Shown: positions 36,936 through 46,696 of the stretch, one piece after another
Numbering within the stretch: position 1 is the stretch's first letter
Layout of the letters: each line of letters begins with the position of its first letter
From: a virus
Taxonomy: Duplodnaviria; Heunggongvirae; Uroviricota; Caudoviricetes
Strand: one strand, 5' to 3'
Length of the DNA: 54,473 nucleotides
Virus record (IMG/VR): IMGVR_UViG_2588253749_000004
Notes under the pieces: model-generated
What the model was told of the DNA's origin: nothing
The model's input: the letters and a program-made list of their open reading frames with translations, nothing else
The model's database searches: none
Made by a program: the position numbers and the translations under genes

Positions 36936-37896
36936 TTAATTCACCATCAGTCTTAGAGCCAGTTCTTCCGGATAGGGATCGAAGTAATTCTGTGTAAGCA
37001 AGTAATCATTAGGATACTCACCCAGATAATGCTTCAGCAGAGTCAACGGCGCAAGAAGAGGCAATGTGCCAAAGCGATAGTTAAGTATAACCTCGCTCAA
37101 CTCTTTACGCTGGCGTGTACTTAAGTAATTACTAAAATACCCCTGTATATGCATCAGCACATTCGTGTGATTTTTACGTGATGCTGGTTTTCTGAGAATC
37201 GCCATCAGATTATCACGATACACCTCAAAGTATGATTCAAGGTCCGCCCACTCGTGTATTGCAGCCACAAATGGTCCCATATCTTTATAGCCTGCCTGGC
37301 TATGCGCCAACAACTGAAGCTTATAACGACTATGAAAAGCTAATAACTCTCTTCTTGATAATTTCTCCTTGTAAAGGTGATTGAGCTCATGCAAAGCAAA
37401 AACTCTTTCAATAAAATTCTCACGAAGCACTGGATCATGTAATCGCCCATCCTCTTCAACCGGTAGCCAGGAAAACTTTTCCATCAAAGTGCTCGTAAAT
37501 AGTCCCACTCCATCTTTACGACCTCGATTACCATTTTCATCATAGACACGCACGCGCTCCATGCCACAGCTGGGAGATTTAGCACAAACCACAAACCCCG
37601 ATACATCCTTTAATTTGTCCATATAAGAACGACTAAACTCTGTCATTCTCTCTGTCACATCCTCATTCTGGTCGTGGCTGAAACACATCCGTATATTTCC
37701 TTGCTTCGAGCGCACAAGTCGTAGAGCAGGACGCGGAAACTGGCAGCCCTATAGCCATTTCCGGACATACTGGTCTGAATGTTACCCATTCCACTAATTT
37801 GTCCATTAAAAAGTCATCTCTTTTGTGACCACCATCAAAACGAACAGCAGAACCGCCCAAACAACCGCTGATCCCAATCACAGGTTTTTTTATCAT
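36936..37896 (-). pseudogene. YbgA-like (DUF523 + DUF1722) gene split by a single-base frameshift
   Basis: ORFs 37663-37896 (N-terminal part) and 36936-37715 (C-terminal part) together cover a YbgA-like protein. Removing one T from the GTTT run at ~37737-37740 restores ...IGLPVPRPALRL... Confidence 0.7.
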
Positions 37897-38088
37897 TTCC
37901 TCCCCCTTGACTAATTCATTAACACATAAACTTTGTAGTGCACGGACTAAATTGCCTTTCTGGCTTCATCACTGACAATTTTTCTGTTATTGACTATTCC
38001 TAATATAGTAGGAAAGTTCTTTAAGTGATCGGTCGTACTCATCTATCTTTCATACTTACTCTCAACTATCAAAAGTACAGGATTTATT

Positions 38089-38613
38089 ATGAAGTTATGG
38101 CCTGTGTTGACTGGCATTGCACTCTCTTTCACTCTTATAGCATGTAAGGCCCCGACACCACCTAAAGGTGTGCAGCCGATTACAAATTTTGACGCCAACC
38201 GCTACCTCGGAAAATGGTATGAAATAGCTCGCCTCGAGAACTGGTTCGAACGTGGTCTGGAACAGGTCAGCGCTACTTATGAAAAACGGAACGACGGAGG
38301 GATTCGCGTACTTAACCGTGGATACGATCCAACGAAAAACAAATGGAGCGAGAGCGAAGGTAAAGCATACTTTACTGGAGATACTAAAACTGCAGCGTTG
38401 AAAGTTTCGTTTTTTGGCCCCTTCTATGGTGGCTATAATGTAATCAAACTGGATGATGAGTATAAGTATGCTCTTGTCAGTGGTCCGAACAGAGAATACC
38501 TATGGATTCTGGCAAGGACCCAAACTATTCCAGATAATGTAAAAGCAGACTATGTGCGTACCGCTCAAAAGTTGGGATTCAATGTCAATGAACTATTATG
38601 GGTTAAACAATAA
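38089..38613 (+). CDS. blc: Outer-membrane lipoprotein Blc (bacterial lipocalin) paralog
   Basis: 174 aa; lipobox LIAC; lipocalin motifs (NFDANRYLGKWYEIAR ...) closely matching my recollection of E. coli Blc. Confidence 0.85.
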   Translation: MKLWPVLTGIALSFTLIACKAPTPPKGVQPITNFDANRYLGKWYEIARLENWFERGLEQVSATYEKRNDGGIRVLNRGYDPTKNKWSESEGKAYFTGDTKTAALKVSFFGPFYGGYNVIKLDDEYKYALVSGPNREYLWILARTQTIPDNVKADYVRTAQKLGFNVNELLWVKQ

Positions 38614-38641
38614 AATCCCCACCCGAAATGATACTTATTAG

Positions 38642-38668
38642 AAAAAAACCAGCCTTTGGGGAGGCTGG
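38642..38668 (-). terminator. Putative tR'-like intrinsic terminator downstream of Q
   Basis: On the minus strand: stem ccagcc/ggctgg followed by TTTTTTT, about 100 nt after the Q stop. Confidence 0.4.
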
Positions 38669-38768
38669 CTAAATCAGGAAACAAGCTGTTATATGATAAT
38701 AACTACGTTGCGATTCCAACATTTAAAATGTTAGACTAATGAAAATCAGACAGCAACTTTTCCTTTAA

Positions 38769-39146
38769 TTATTTCGAACAATCAGCATCCATCTCCAATC
38801 GGAGATCCAACACCATCAGCATGCCCTCCACTACGCCCTCAGCTTTCTGGAGCATCCTGCCAACCCAACAATCAGATCGCCCATGCTTATGTGCAAGCGC
38901 CATAAAAGTCATGCCGCCGACATAATAGTCCACCAATAAATCATGTAAATCGCTGTTGTTTTTTTTCAGGCGAGCCATACATTCACAAATGATCATCGCG
39001 TCATCGTCACAGCATTGCGGACGAGATCTTACTTTTGAAGGAATTAATCCCTTAAAACCGGCGGCAATGGACGACCAGGTCACATCTTCATGATTATTAG
39101 CCGCCCATGCCCCCCAACGCTCAAGAACCATCTGAATATCACGCAT
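38769..39146 (-). CDS. Q: Late-gene antitermination protein Q
   Basis: About 125 aa starting [22 protein letters not shown]; Cys-rich zinc-binding region; matches my recollection of Qin QuuQ. Confidence 0.85.
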   Translation of the reverse strand: MRDIQMVLERWGAWAANNHEDVTWSSIAAGFKGLIPSKVRSRPQCCDDDAMIICECMARLKKNNSDLHDLLVDYYVGGMTFMALAHKHGRSDCWVGRMLQKAEGVVEGMLMVLDLRLEMDADCSK

Positions 39147-39163
39147 CAACTTACTCCACAAAA

Positions 39164-40213
39164 TTAGGCCAGCACACCAATTGCCAGCGCGCGATCGATA
39201 AATCGAAAAATCAGCTCCAGTTGGGAGCCATACTTCTCTTCAAATGCCACGGTATCCGTATGCAACTCGTCGTGATGCTTTCTGCACAAAGGCAAAACAA
39301 AGAGATCATGTGCTTTGGTTCCCATTCCGCCCTGCCCGTGACCAATCAGATGATGCGGATCGTCGGCTGGCATACCGCAGCAAGCACACGGCTGTGTCTT
39401 AACCCAGCGTGTGTATTTCTCCTTAACCCACCGGTGACGTTTAGGCAGCTTCATGAAAGATTCCGGAGACTCTGGATCAACGGTGATGCTTACCACCGTC
39501 TTTTCCTGTGATGGGTTTTGTTGCTGGTGGGCGTGAGGCAACGGTGCAAGATTTTTTGTGCGCTGTTTCAATATGCTGGTGGCGGTCTGCTCTCCCGGTA
39601 CGATGTCGCTTTCGCGGTACACCGAGCAGATTTTTTCCGCTGGTAATCCCAGCGAGCGACGTAATACCGCTTCCGGTAGCGCGTCCGCCAGCTGATTGCG
39701 GACCGCCCACCAGGATAATTCAGCCAGAGATAATTCACGCTCCTGCGTACCGCTTATTGCGTGACCGATGACGTCAATCATCCATGCTGACAGGTTTTGA
39801 TGAGCAAGTTGCTCGAGTGATTCGGATGTCTGGTCACGCAGCTGGTTGTCGCAGTGCCAGCACAACACCATTGCGCCGGTACCATATCGGTGAATAACGG
39901 TTTCGCTGTGATGATAATCGCCGTGTGGCCACTGGCAGGATTTAATATGGCGCAACAGCCAGTCAGACAATGCACCAGCACCACCAGCAGCACGAATTAC
40001 CCGTGCGTTACTGAAAAACGGCAGCAATGTTTTGTCTTCCACCAGCGGCTGGCGAACGGCAGGAACGACCCCGGACGGCAGATTACGCATGCTTTTCGGT
40101 TCCGGCTCCACCAGTACCCGGGTATTGTGGAATACCGGCATGGATTCACGGCCCGGCTTAACGACCACCAGCCCGAGTTCCGGTACCAGAACAGGTCGAA
40201 GTAATACCCGCAC
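39164..40213 (-). CDS. ydfU: YdfU-like DUF968 protein with HNH-like C-terminal motif
   Basis: 349 aa; C-terminal CACCG...HHLIGHG...CRKHHDELH (HNH/zinc-finger-like); position upstream of Q as in Qin. Confidence 0.75.
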   Translation of the reverse strand: MRVLLRPVLVPELGLVVVKPGRESMPVFHNTRVLVEPEPKSMRNLPSGVVPAVRQPLVEDKTLLPFFSNARVIRAAGGAGALSDWLLRHIKSCQWPHGDYHHSETVIHRYGTGAMVLCWHCDNQLRDQTSESLEQLAHQNLSAWMIDVIGHAISGTQERELSLAELSWWAVRNQLADALPEAVLRRSLGLPAEKICSVYRESDIVPGEQTATSILKQRTKNLAPLPHAHQQQNPSQEKTVVSITVDPESPESFMKLPKRHRWVKEKYTRWVKTQPCACCGMPADDPHHLIGHGQGGMGTKAHDLFVLPLCRKHHDELHTDTVAFEEKYGSQLELIFRFIDRALAIGVLA

Positions 40214-40214
40214 G

Positions 40215-40493
40215 TTACCTCCAGAGGCGTTGCTGGAATGTACGGGACGGACGCGGTGGGCGTTCGGAGTAAGGCAATCTGACTGAGATTATCCAGTGAC
40301 GGTAGTCGAGGCTAAGGGCTTTTTTAACCTCGTATCCGCGCCTGCGGTAACACTGAATTATCCATTCAGCCTGCTCTTCAGTGCATGGTGGATGCTGGAA
40401 CCAGTCCGATTTGAATGCATGAAAACGCCGTCCGCACCTGCTGGCAAAGACGGCAGAATCATCAGAATTGTGTAATTTGGTATCGTGCGCCAT
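40215..40493 (-). CDS. Small hypothetical protein
   Basis: About 92 aa from the internal Met MAHDTKLHNSDD; sits where rem lies in Qin, but identity not confirmed. Confidence 0.45.
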   Translation of the reverse strand: MAHDTKLHNSDDSAVFASRCGRRFHAFKSDWFQHPPCTEEQAEWIIQCYRRRGYEVKKALSLDYRHWIISVRLPYSERPPRPSRTFQQRLWR

Positions 40494-40951
40494 CGGTTGT
40501 CTCTGCTGGCGCAGCAGGTGCCAGTTGTTCAGGCTGGCGTATAAAGTATAAATAAACTGGTTCCAGTGTAAAGCCCCTACATTAATGGAATAAAAGTCAA
40601 ACAACAGATTGTTGGGATAAACACAACGCTTATTATTAAAAGCGATTAGATAAATTAAATTTTAATGTTATGCAATTTTACCAGATCACCATAACATCTC
40701 GTTTGAAACCACCAAAACAACAACCATATCAATATTGATTATGTTAAAGTGAGTAAATATGGAAAACAACAAATCTGCACATTACGCTCCTTTTTTATCT
40801 GTGATACTTTTTGTTTTATGCTGTGTGTGGGCATTATTTTTATAAAAATATTTACAGATAAAATAAACCCGCCGAAGCGGGTTAAGTGCGGGTGCATTGA
40901 GGATGCCTGACACATCAGAGGTGGCGAGGGATTTCTCCCTCGCCTGGTCTC

Positions 40952-41107
40952 TTACTCCTCAGGTTCGTAAGCTGTGAAGACAGCGACCTCCGTCTGGCCG
41001 GTTCGGATTCGTACCTCGCAGAGGTCTTTCCTCGTTACCAGTGCCGTCACTATGACGGTTAAACAGATGACGATCAGGGCGATTAACATCGCCTTTTGCT
41101 GCTTCAT
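40952..41107 (-). CDS. hokD: Hok-family type I toxin (HokD/RelF-like)
   Basis: 51 aa MKQQKAMLIALIVICLTVIVTALVTRKDLCEVRIRTGQTEVAVFTAYEPEE; the upstream in-frame extension looks mok-like; hairpins flank the gene. Confidence 0.9.
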   Translation of the reverse strand: MKQQKAMLIALIVICLTVIVTALVTRKDLCEVRIRTGQTEVAVFTAYEPEE

Positions 41108-41722
41108 AGCCTGCTTCTCCTTGCCTTTCGGCACGTAAGAGGCTAACCTACATGTGTCTAGCATGAAATTGGCCTCAGATTAATGTTAAGCGTCTTGCAG
41201 GACGCGTAATGTTAACTGGGGCTTTTCTCTATCTGCCTTTGGTGTTCATGCCTGAGGCAGATAGCCTCAAGCACCCGCAGCAATTCTACTTAACTCACGT
41301 CACCTCGCCAATATAAAATCAATCAGAAAGGCGATCCGTAAGAACAACAGCAAGACAATAAATTGCCATTACAGCCGCAATAGCTAGCGCACATTTGAGA
41401 ACCAGCACGACAACCTCCTGTATTGGACGTACACCAGTCCTGATAAATATGAGGCTGTCTCATCATTGATTCAATATAACTATTGGGTATAGTTTCTGTG
41501 ATTTTGTTCTGTAGAAATGGAACACAACAACCAGTCTCCACCAGCACTTCTTTAAATACGCCAAGTCCGACGCAAGCTAACCTTCTAGTCCGCTTTGAGC
41601 GAACTGTGGAAGCTCGCAAATGTTGTTACATCTGATGAAGGCATTACTCAAAGGAGGGGATAGTAGTCAACGTGGAGCAGGCCATGTTAGTATTTTTATA
41701 CAATTCGACTAAGGGAAAAACA

Positions 41723-42592
41723 ATGAGGCTTTACATAATAGGAAATGGATTTGACATGCGTCATGGCTTACCAACAGGATACAAGCACTTTAAGTCGTAT
41801 GTAGAAAAAAATGACCAAGATCTATATGACGCGATAGAAGAATACATTCCTGCTGGGGACGAGTGGAATGAGTTAGAAAATGCTTTAGGTGAAATTGATT
41901 ATGAGCTTATCCTTCAAAACAGTGAGATATTTTTGGCTTCATACAATACCGATGATTGGAGCGATGCTTATCATCACGATTACCAATATGAAGTAAATAA
42001 AATCACACAAATGCTGTCAGCTCGTTTGAAGGAGCAATTCGCTGATTGGGTTAAAGGGATTAACATAGCCGATGCTTACAATCCTAAGCAATACATCCCG
42101 CCCATACCAAGAGAAAGCATCTATTTTTCATTTAATTATACAAATACCTTGCAGCAGATCTATGCCGTTCCAGACGAGCAAATCATACATATTCACGGCA
42201 ATTGTAGTTACGATGACGATCTCATACTTGGTCATAGTTTTAGGGTGGAAAAGTCACTAAATCCATATATAGGACCGGATCAAGATACAAGAATAGCAGA
42301 GGCATACGACAGAATAAACGAATACTTCGGTAATACATTCAAGCCCAGCGAAGACATAATTAAAGAAGAAAACGTTTTTTTCTCATCGCTTAAAAATGTG
42401 GACGAGGTCATCGTTTTAGGCCACTCGCTCGCCGAAGTTGACGGTGAATACTTTACTGAAATAAATAAAAGCATCCAAGAAAATGCTCGATGGATAGTTG
42501 CTTTATATAGAGGTGAGAAAAAATCAGGCAGTTTAGAAGATTATGGTATCAGAGGCTCAAATATTTCTTACGTACAGTATGAAGATATCTGA
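41723..42592 (+). CDS. AbiH-family protein (abortive-infection AbiH-like)
   Basis: About 289 aa from MRLYIIGNGFDMRHGLPTGYKHF, which resembles the AbiH N-terminal signature as I recall it; visibly AT-rich; RBS present. Confidence 0.7.
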   Translation: MRLYIIGNGFDMRHGLPTGYKHFKSYVEKNDQDLYDAIEEYIPAGDEWNELENALGEIDYELILQNSEIFLASYNTDDWSDAYHHDYQYEVNKITQMLSARLKEQFADWVKGINIADAYNPKQYIPPIPRESIYFSFNYTNTLQQIYAVPDEQIIHIHGNCSYDDDLILGHSFRVEKSLNPYIGPDQDTRIAEAYDRINEYFGNTFKPSEDIIKEENVFFSSLKNVDEVIVLGHSLAEVDGEYFTEINKSIQENARWIVALYRGEKKSGSLEDYGIRGSNISYVQYEDI

Positions 42593-42675
42593 ATGAGACT
42601 TCATATTATAACTATAATTATGTAAAAAAGGCTGGTATTTTATACCTTGAGGAAAATAGATAAGAGGAATGAGGT

Positions 42676-44073
42676 TTGGTTATGATGAATTATACTGATG
42701 AGTCAACTTTTCTTGAAAAGTACAAACCGTTTAGGAAGTTTTGGACAATTTTATCACCTCATTATGTATCTTTAATGCATGCACTTGCCAAAATGATAAG
42801 GGGAGGGAATCCAATTCAAGAACTACCTTCCAATGATGAGGATTTTCTTGCAGAGTATGAAACCTGTCTCAAAAATTGGAAACACTCACAAAAAATCATA
42901 TCTTTTGAGATTATTATTCGGCTGAGAGATATAAAAAGATTGGAAACTGAAAAAAAAGAGCACCATCGAAACAAGGATAAAGAAAATAAAGAAAAGTGTA
43001 TTGATGAAATAAGTTTAAAAAAATTTGAAATTCTTATTCTTCGCCGTTGTATTGACTCAATAATTTGGAGCATTCTTGATGAAGAACACTCTAGTTTGCG
43101 GCGTTTACCTATTAATGCAAGCAATGACAATCTATCAGAAGATAACATAATTGATTCTATGGTCGCAGCCGATCTTATCAACCAGGACAAACACTCCGTA
43201 GCGATTGTCTCTGACATGAGCACATTTGTTCATGTGGGAGATTTAGTCACCTTTAATCTACTGGATGGCTTCCAGCTCGTGGAAGTTAAAACAGGTGAAA
43301 AGAATAATGAGCTTTATGAAGCTGCTGAATTTTCTGTTATCTCAGAATGTCCGCACTTTGAAGAAAACTTCATTAACAATATGCCTGATAATGATGTTAA
43401 GCAATTTAATCGCATAAAAAGGCAAATCATTCGTGGCATGAATGTTCTGGAGGCGATTAATACTGGCGAGGGCTTTGACAACTTTCATCAGTCTAAAGTT
43501 AAAATCAATGAGATAGATCATCCGTCTGAATTTTATACCCACCGCTTAGTTAAAATGTGGGAGATTATTCGCGGAGGAAAAAATTGGGCAATTGATACTA
43601 TTGATGAATGTTTGTTCTTAGGTATGTACCGTGATTCTGAAATGGGCTTTGTTGCCTTCAATGGATGGATGGATAGTCTCGGTATAAAAAGCCCTGTTGT
43701 GAATATAAATGATTCATTCTTTGACCCTTTGTCTCGACCATTTATGAGTTTGCATCTGCCAACTGAAATGCTCTCCGATCTCATGTCGGGACAAATAATC
43801 ATCGTCATGTGTTTTGACAATGAACTTTTTTTTCACCGTGCTAACAAAACGTACCCGGGTTTATATCTCCTTAGCGATGCAGCAAGAACAAAGCAGCCAT
43901 TAGAAAATATTCTTCGTGTTGGTTCACAAGGGATAGCTTCTTACGTAGATGGGAATACCAGCTTTTTAGGTAATGGTATTGAATCCCGTATCCTTTTCGA
44001 TCAGCAACGACCCGACAACATTATTGAGTGGAGCTATGCTAGAAGCGATCTCAAAAAGCAACATGAAGCATAA
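42676..44073 (+). CDS. Hypothetical 465-aa protein, co-oriented partner of the AbiH-like gene
   Basis: Long uninterrupted ORF with GAGG RBS, 83 bp after the AbiH-like gene; visibly AT-rich; contains a possible PD-(D/E)xK-like motif (VHVGDLVTF...LVEVKTGEK). Function unknown. Confidence 0.6.
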   Translation: MVMMNYTDESTFLEKYKPFRKFWTILSPHYVSLMHALAKMIRGGNPIQELPSNDEDFLAEYETCLKNWKHSQKIISFEIIIRLRDIKRLETEKKEHHRNKDKENKEKCIDEISLKKFEILILRRCIDSIIWSILDEEHSSLRRLPINASNDNLSEDNIIDSMVAADLINQDKHSVAIVSDMSTFVHVGDLVTFNLLDGFQLVEVKTGEKNNELYEAAEFSVISECPHFEENFINNMPDNDVKQFNRIKRQIIRGMNVLEAINTGEGFDNFHQSKVKINEIDHPSEFYTHRLVKMWEIIRGGKNWAIDTIDECLFLGMYRDSEMGFVAFNGWMDSLGIKSPVVNINDSFFDPLSRPFMSLHLPTEMLSDLMSGQIIIVMCFDNELFFHRANKTYPGLYLLSDAARTKQPLENILRVGSQGIASYVDGNTSFLGNGIESRILFDQQRPDNIIEWSYARSDLKKQHEA

Positions 44074-44335
44074 GCCGTTGGATGGGATTTCCCATGAATT
44101 GCCATGGATAATCTAGACACTTCGAGCCGTTGATAATGTTGATTTTCGTATTCTGTCGGTGGAGTATCCCGAAAGGTATAGAGCAAAACCTGGAGAAAAC
44201 ACACAGCATCCCATTTTAATCTTTAACTCTGACCTTCTATAATGTCCGCTGTTGGCACAAAGCGGACAACCACGCTAGCTCTACCCTGTGCCACAAAATG
44301 TCAATTTGCATCTGAACTAATGCACTTTAATCTCG

Positions 44336-44758
44336 TCACTTCAATAAATACCGAACATCCCCCTGATAAAACGACAATATGCGCTGCATAACTTCGCTTT
44401 TACGACACTCAGTACAAATCATATTATGACGCCTGTCGTAACGACGTATTTCTCCATCAGGTAATGACCAGATAAGGTCCGGATCAACCGCAGATGGTTT
44501 CTTCAGCTTTGCCCTTGAGAGCTTTTTACGGGCATTTTGCCAGTCCTTACGCGCCTGTTCAGACGGGAATAACCCGTAACCAGAGTTGTATACATCGCCA
44601 CTGGCAACCAGCTCTCTGGCCAGAACGTTCATCATATATTTTGTTGCCCCAGTTTTAGTTTCCAGTTGTCTTAACGTCTCGCGCCCACTCTGGCGTACGA
44701 GTTCAACAACCTGCCCTTTAATTTTTTCCCGCTCTTCTTGTGTAAAAACTTTTGCCAC
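44336..44758 (-). CDS. Hypothetical protein (140 aa)
   Basis: ORF downstream of the O-like gene; CxxC near the C-terminus. No confident assignment. Confidence 0.45.
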   Translation of the reverse strand: MAKVFTQEEREKIKGQVVELVRQSGRETLRQLETKTGATKYMMNVLARELVASGDVYNSGYGLFPSEQARKDWQNARKKLSRAKLKKPSAVDPDLIWSLPDGEIRRYDRRHNMICTECRKSEVMQRILSFYQGDVRYLLK

Positions 44759-44798
44759 AAGCCCTCCTGAAAATTACCTCATGACCAGAAATTAACAC

Positions 44799-45875
44799 TT
44801 ACCCCCTGAAGCCCGGCGGAATTTCGTTATCCGGTTCAGAAATATGATTCACACAACGCTGGTTGTTCGTGCCGCTTACCGGGAGCAACCAGGGGTTCTC
44901 AAAATTCCGGTCCGGTCCAAAAAACGTCGTCGCTCGCTGAACAAATTCCGTTCCCGTTTTCCCGGTAGCCGCCAAGTATCTTGCGTAACGCCTCACGCCA
45001 TCCAGCATGGCCTCTGGTGGCACCCCCTCGCGTAATCTGGCCTTCCAGGCACTGAAAGCGGATTTCTTCGGGTTTGCTCCGGCACGCAACGGGTACTCCC
45101 GCCAGACCTGTTCGAACACATCCGGATAATCCACTCGTCCCACAGACTGCCCGGTGTTTTCCGGGACTACCCGATCGGCTTCCCGCTGAATGGCGGAATC
45201 GGCTTCGGGCTGCTGCAGTTGGTGTGATTGCTCCGGCCTTGCGGTCATCACCTGCTGCACAGCGCCCGAATCGGCTTTCAGCGCATACGCTGAATCGGCT
45301 TCCGGTGTCGTGCCTGCTGGCTGACCAAGATTGACGGTCTGAACATCCCCTGCCTGGTTCGTGGCGTTTTTTACGCCATGGACCATAGTGTTTTGATCTT
45401 CTTGATCTGTATCTTTATCTGTATCTTTATCTGTCGTGACTCGTCGTGACATGTGCGTGACATTTCGTGACGCGCCGTGACAATCGCCATTTTGTTCCCG
45501 CTTTCTTTCCCTCTCTCGCTGCGCCCTCTTGCGCTCTGCAGGAGATTTTGCGGTTTGCGAAATATTGCCGTTGTCCTCTTTAAGCACCTGGCGTTTTTCC
45601 CATCCAGTGATTAAATCACCATCAAGTACCCGCCCCTGCATCGTCTGCAAAATTGAATCAATTACCTCTTCTGTCACGTCGAGCGCACTTGCCAAATCTT
45701 CTGTCGTGACATCAATGTGACCTCGCGTGACATTTCGTGACGCGCTCACCAAGAGGTGGATATACACTGCCATCACTGTTGCAATTGGCTGCCCTGACAC
45801 CCTGGCAATTGTTCGCCACTTAGGGTCATTTGGCATGTCATGCCATAATCTGAGCCAGGCGTTAGCCATACTCAC
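44799..45875 (-). CDS. Putative replication initiator (lambda O-like role) carrying intragenic iterons
   Basis: 358 aa, downstream of the ydaS/ydaT-like genes. The gene contains two arrays of CGTGAC repeats with ~10-bp phasing. Confidence 0.55.
   Translation of the reverse strand: MSMANAWLRLWHDMPNDPKWRTIARVSGQPIATVMAVYIHLLVSASRNVTRGHIDVTTEDLASALDVTEEVIDSILQTMQGRVLDGDLITGWEKRQVLKEDNGNISQTAKSPAERKRAQRERERKREQNGDCHGASRNVTHMSRRVTTDKDTDKDTDQEDQNTMVHGVKNATNQAGDVQTVNLGQPAGTTPEADSAYALKADSGAVQQVMTARPEQSHQLQQPEADSAIQREADRVVPENTGQSVGRVDYPDVFEQVWREYPLRAGANPKKSAFSAWKARLREGVPPEAMLDGVRRYARYLAATGKTGTEFVQRATTFFGPDRNFENPWLLPVSGTNNQRCVNHISEPDNEIPPGFRG
45437..45483. repeat. Iteron array 1: five CGTGAC repeats at 10-11-bp spacing (candidate ori)
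   Basis: CGTGAC at 45437, 45447, 45458, 45468, 45478; a neighbouring 9-bp tandem (tatctttatctg) lies just upstream. Confidence 0.6.
45705..45741. repeat. Iteron array 2: four (C)GTGAC repeats at ~10-bp spacing
   Basis: Copies at 45705, 45716, 45726, 45736; shares the 13-mer gacatttcgtgac with array 1. Confidence 0.55.
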
Positions 45876-45940
45876 CTCTTTTGATACCGAATCTTTTTAC
45901 TCACAAATTGCCGGAAGTGATCCGGTATGAATATTGCGAG

Positions 45941-46366
45941 TCAATGCACAGCCACAATATTTCCTGCAGGGCCACCACGATTCATCTGGTTGAAACCAGC
46001 GATCGCCACTGCGACAAAATCATCAGCGTCTCTCACCAGTCGTTCCCGCGTCTCCACTAGTTCCCGAAAATAGGCTGAGCTATGACTGCGCATTCGGGCC
46101 ACCAGCAGAGGTGGCATTGCTTTTTCGATAGCTGGTAACAACGCCTGAATTTTTTTAACCGCATCAGGGGTGTCTTTCTCCACCCAGCGGAAAATTTTCT
46201 GAGTATTGCGAGCCAGGGCTTCCGGATGGCTGTCGTCATACAGTTCCGGGAACGTCATTCCCAGCTCGAAATACGCTTTGGTAATTTTCGCAGCCGGTAC
46301 TTTTTCGCCGTCCGGATGCGCCCAGGCATTCATCGCCATGCGGATGTGTTCATGCTTGATTTTCAT
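45941..46366 (-). CDS. ydaT: YdaT-like protein (Rac-type toxic regulatory protein)
   Basis: 141 aa; recalled as Rac YdaT; operonic with the Cro-like gene. Confidence 0.75.
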   Translation of the reverse strand: MKIKHEHIRMAMNAWAHPDGEKVPAAKITKAYFELGMTFPELYDDSHPEALARNTQKIFRWVEKDTPDAVKKIQALLPAIEKAMPPLLVARMRSHSSAYFRELVETRERLVRDADDFVAVAIAGFNQMNRGGPAGNIVAVH

Positions 46367-46617
46367 GAATCAACTCCCATCAGCTTTTTCGTAGTAGTTT
46401 TATTCCTGCCAATAGTTAAAATTGCATCGGCAGAAAATAATCCGTTTGATGCAAGAGCGATTTTTTCAGCGTAATTTGTTTCGCCGGTATATTCTGTGCG
46501 AGGCAATTTTCCGTTATCCATCCATTTATAGATTGCTCTTTGGCTGACACCACAAACGTCGGCCACAACAGCAACGCGAACAGTTTTGATTACATCTTCA
46601 AGTGTTTTCTGGTTCAT
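46363..46617 (-). CDS. ydaS: Cro/YdaS-like HTH regulator
   Basis: About 84 aa from MNQKTLEDVIK...; HTH (VCGVSQRAIYKWMDNGKLP); divergent from the repressor gene. Confidence 0.7.
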   Translation of the reverse strand: MNQKTLEDVIKTVRVAVVADVCGVSQRAIYKWMDNGKLPRTEYTGETNYAEKIALASNGLFSADAILTIGRNKTTTKKLMGVDS

Positions 46618-46696
46618 ATCACCCTCACAATGTGAACTTTGAGTACATGCTATAACAGAACTGACAGTACATTCAAGAGCGAATATCATTGAACTT

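Noticed and set aside
41323-41619. 98-aa minus-strand ORF with a Cys-rich C-terminus between hokD and the AbiH-like gene
   Set aside because: No RBS or recognisable family, and it lies in a region expected to hold hok regulatory RNA and promoters. Probably spurious, but a small Cys-rich peptide cannot be excluded without a homology search.
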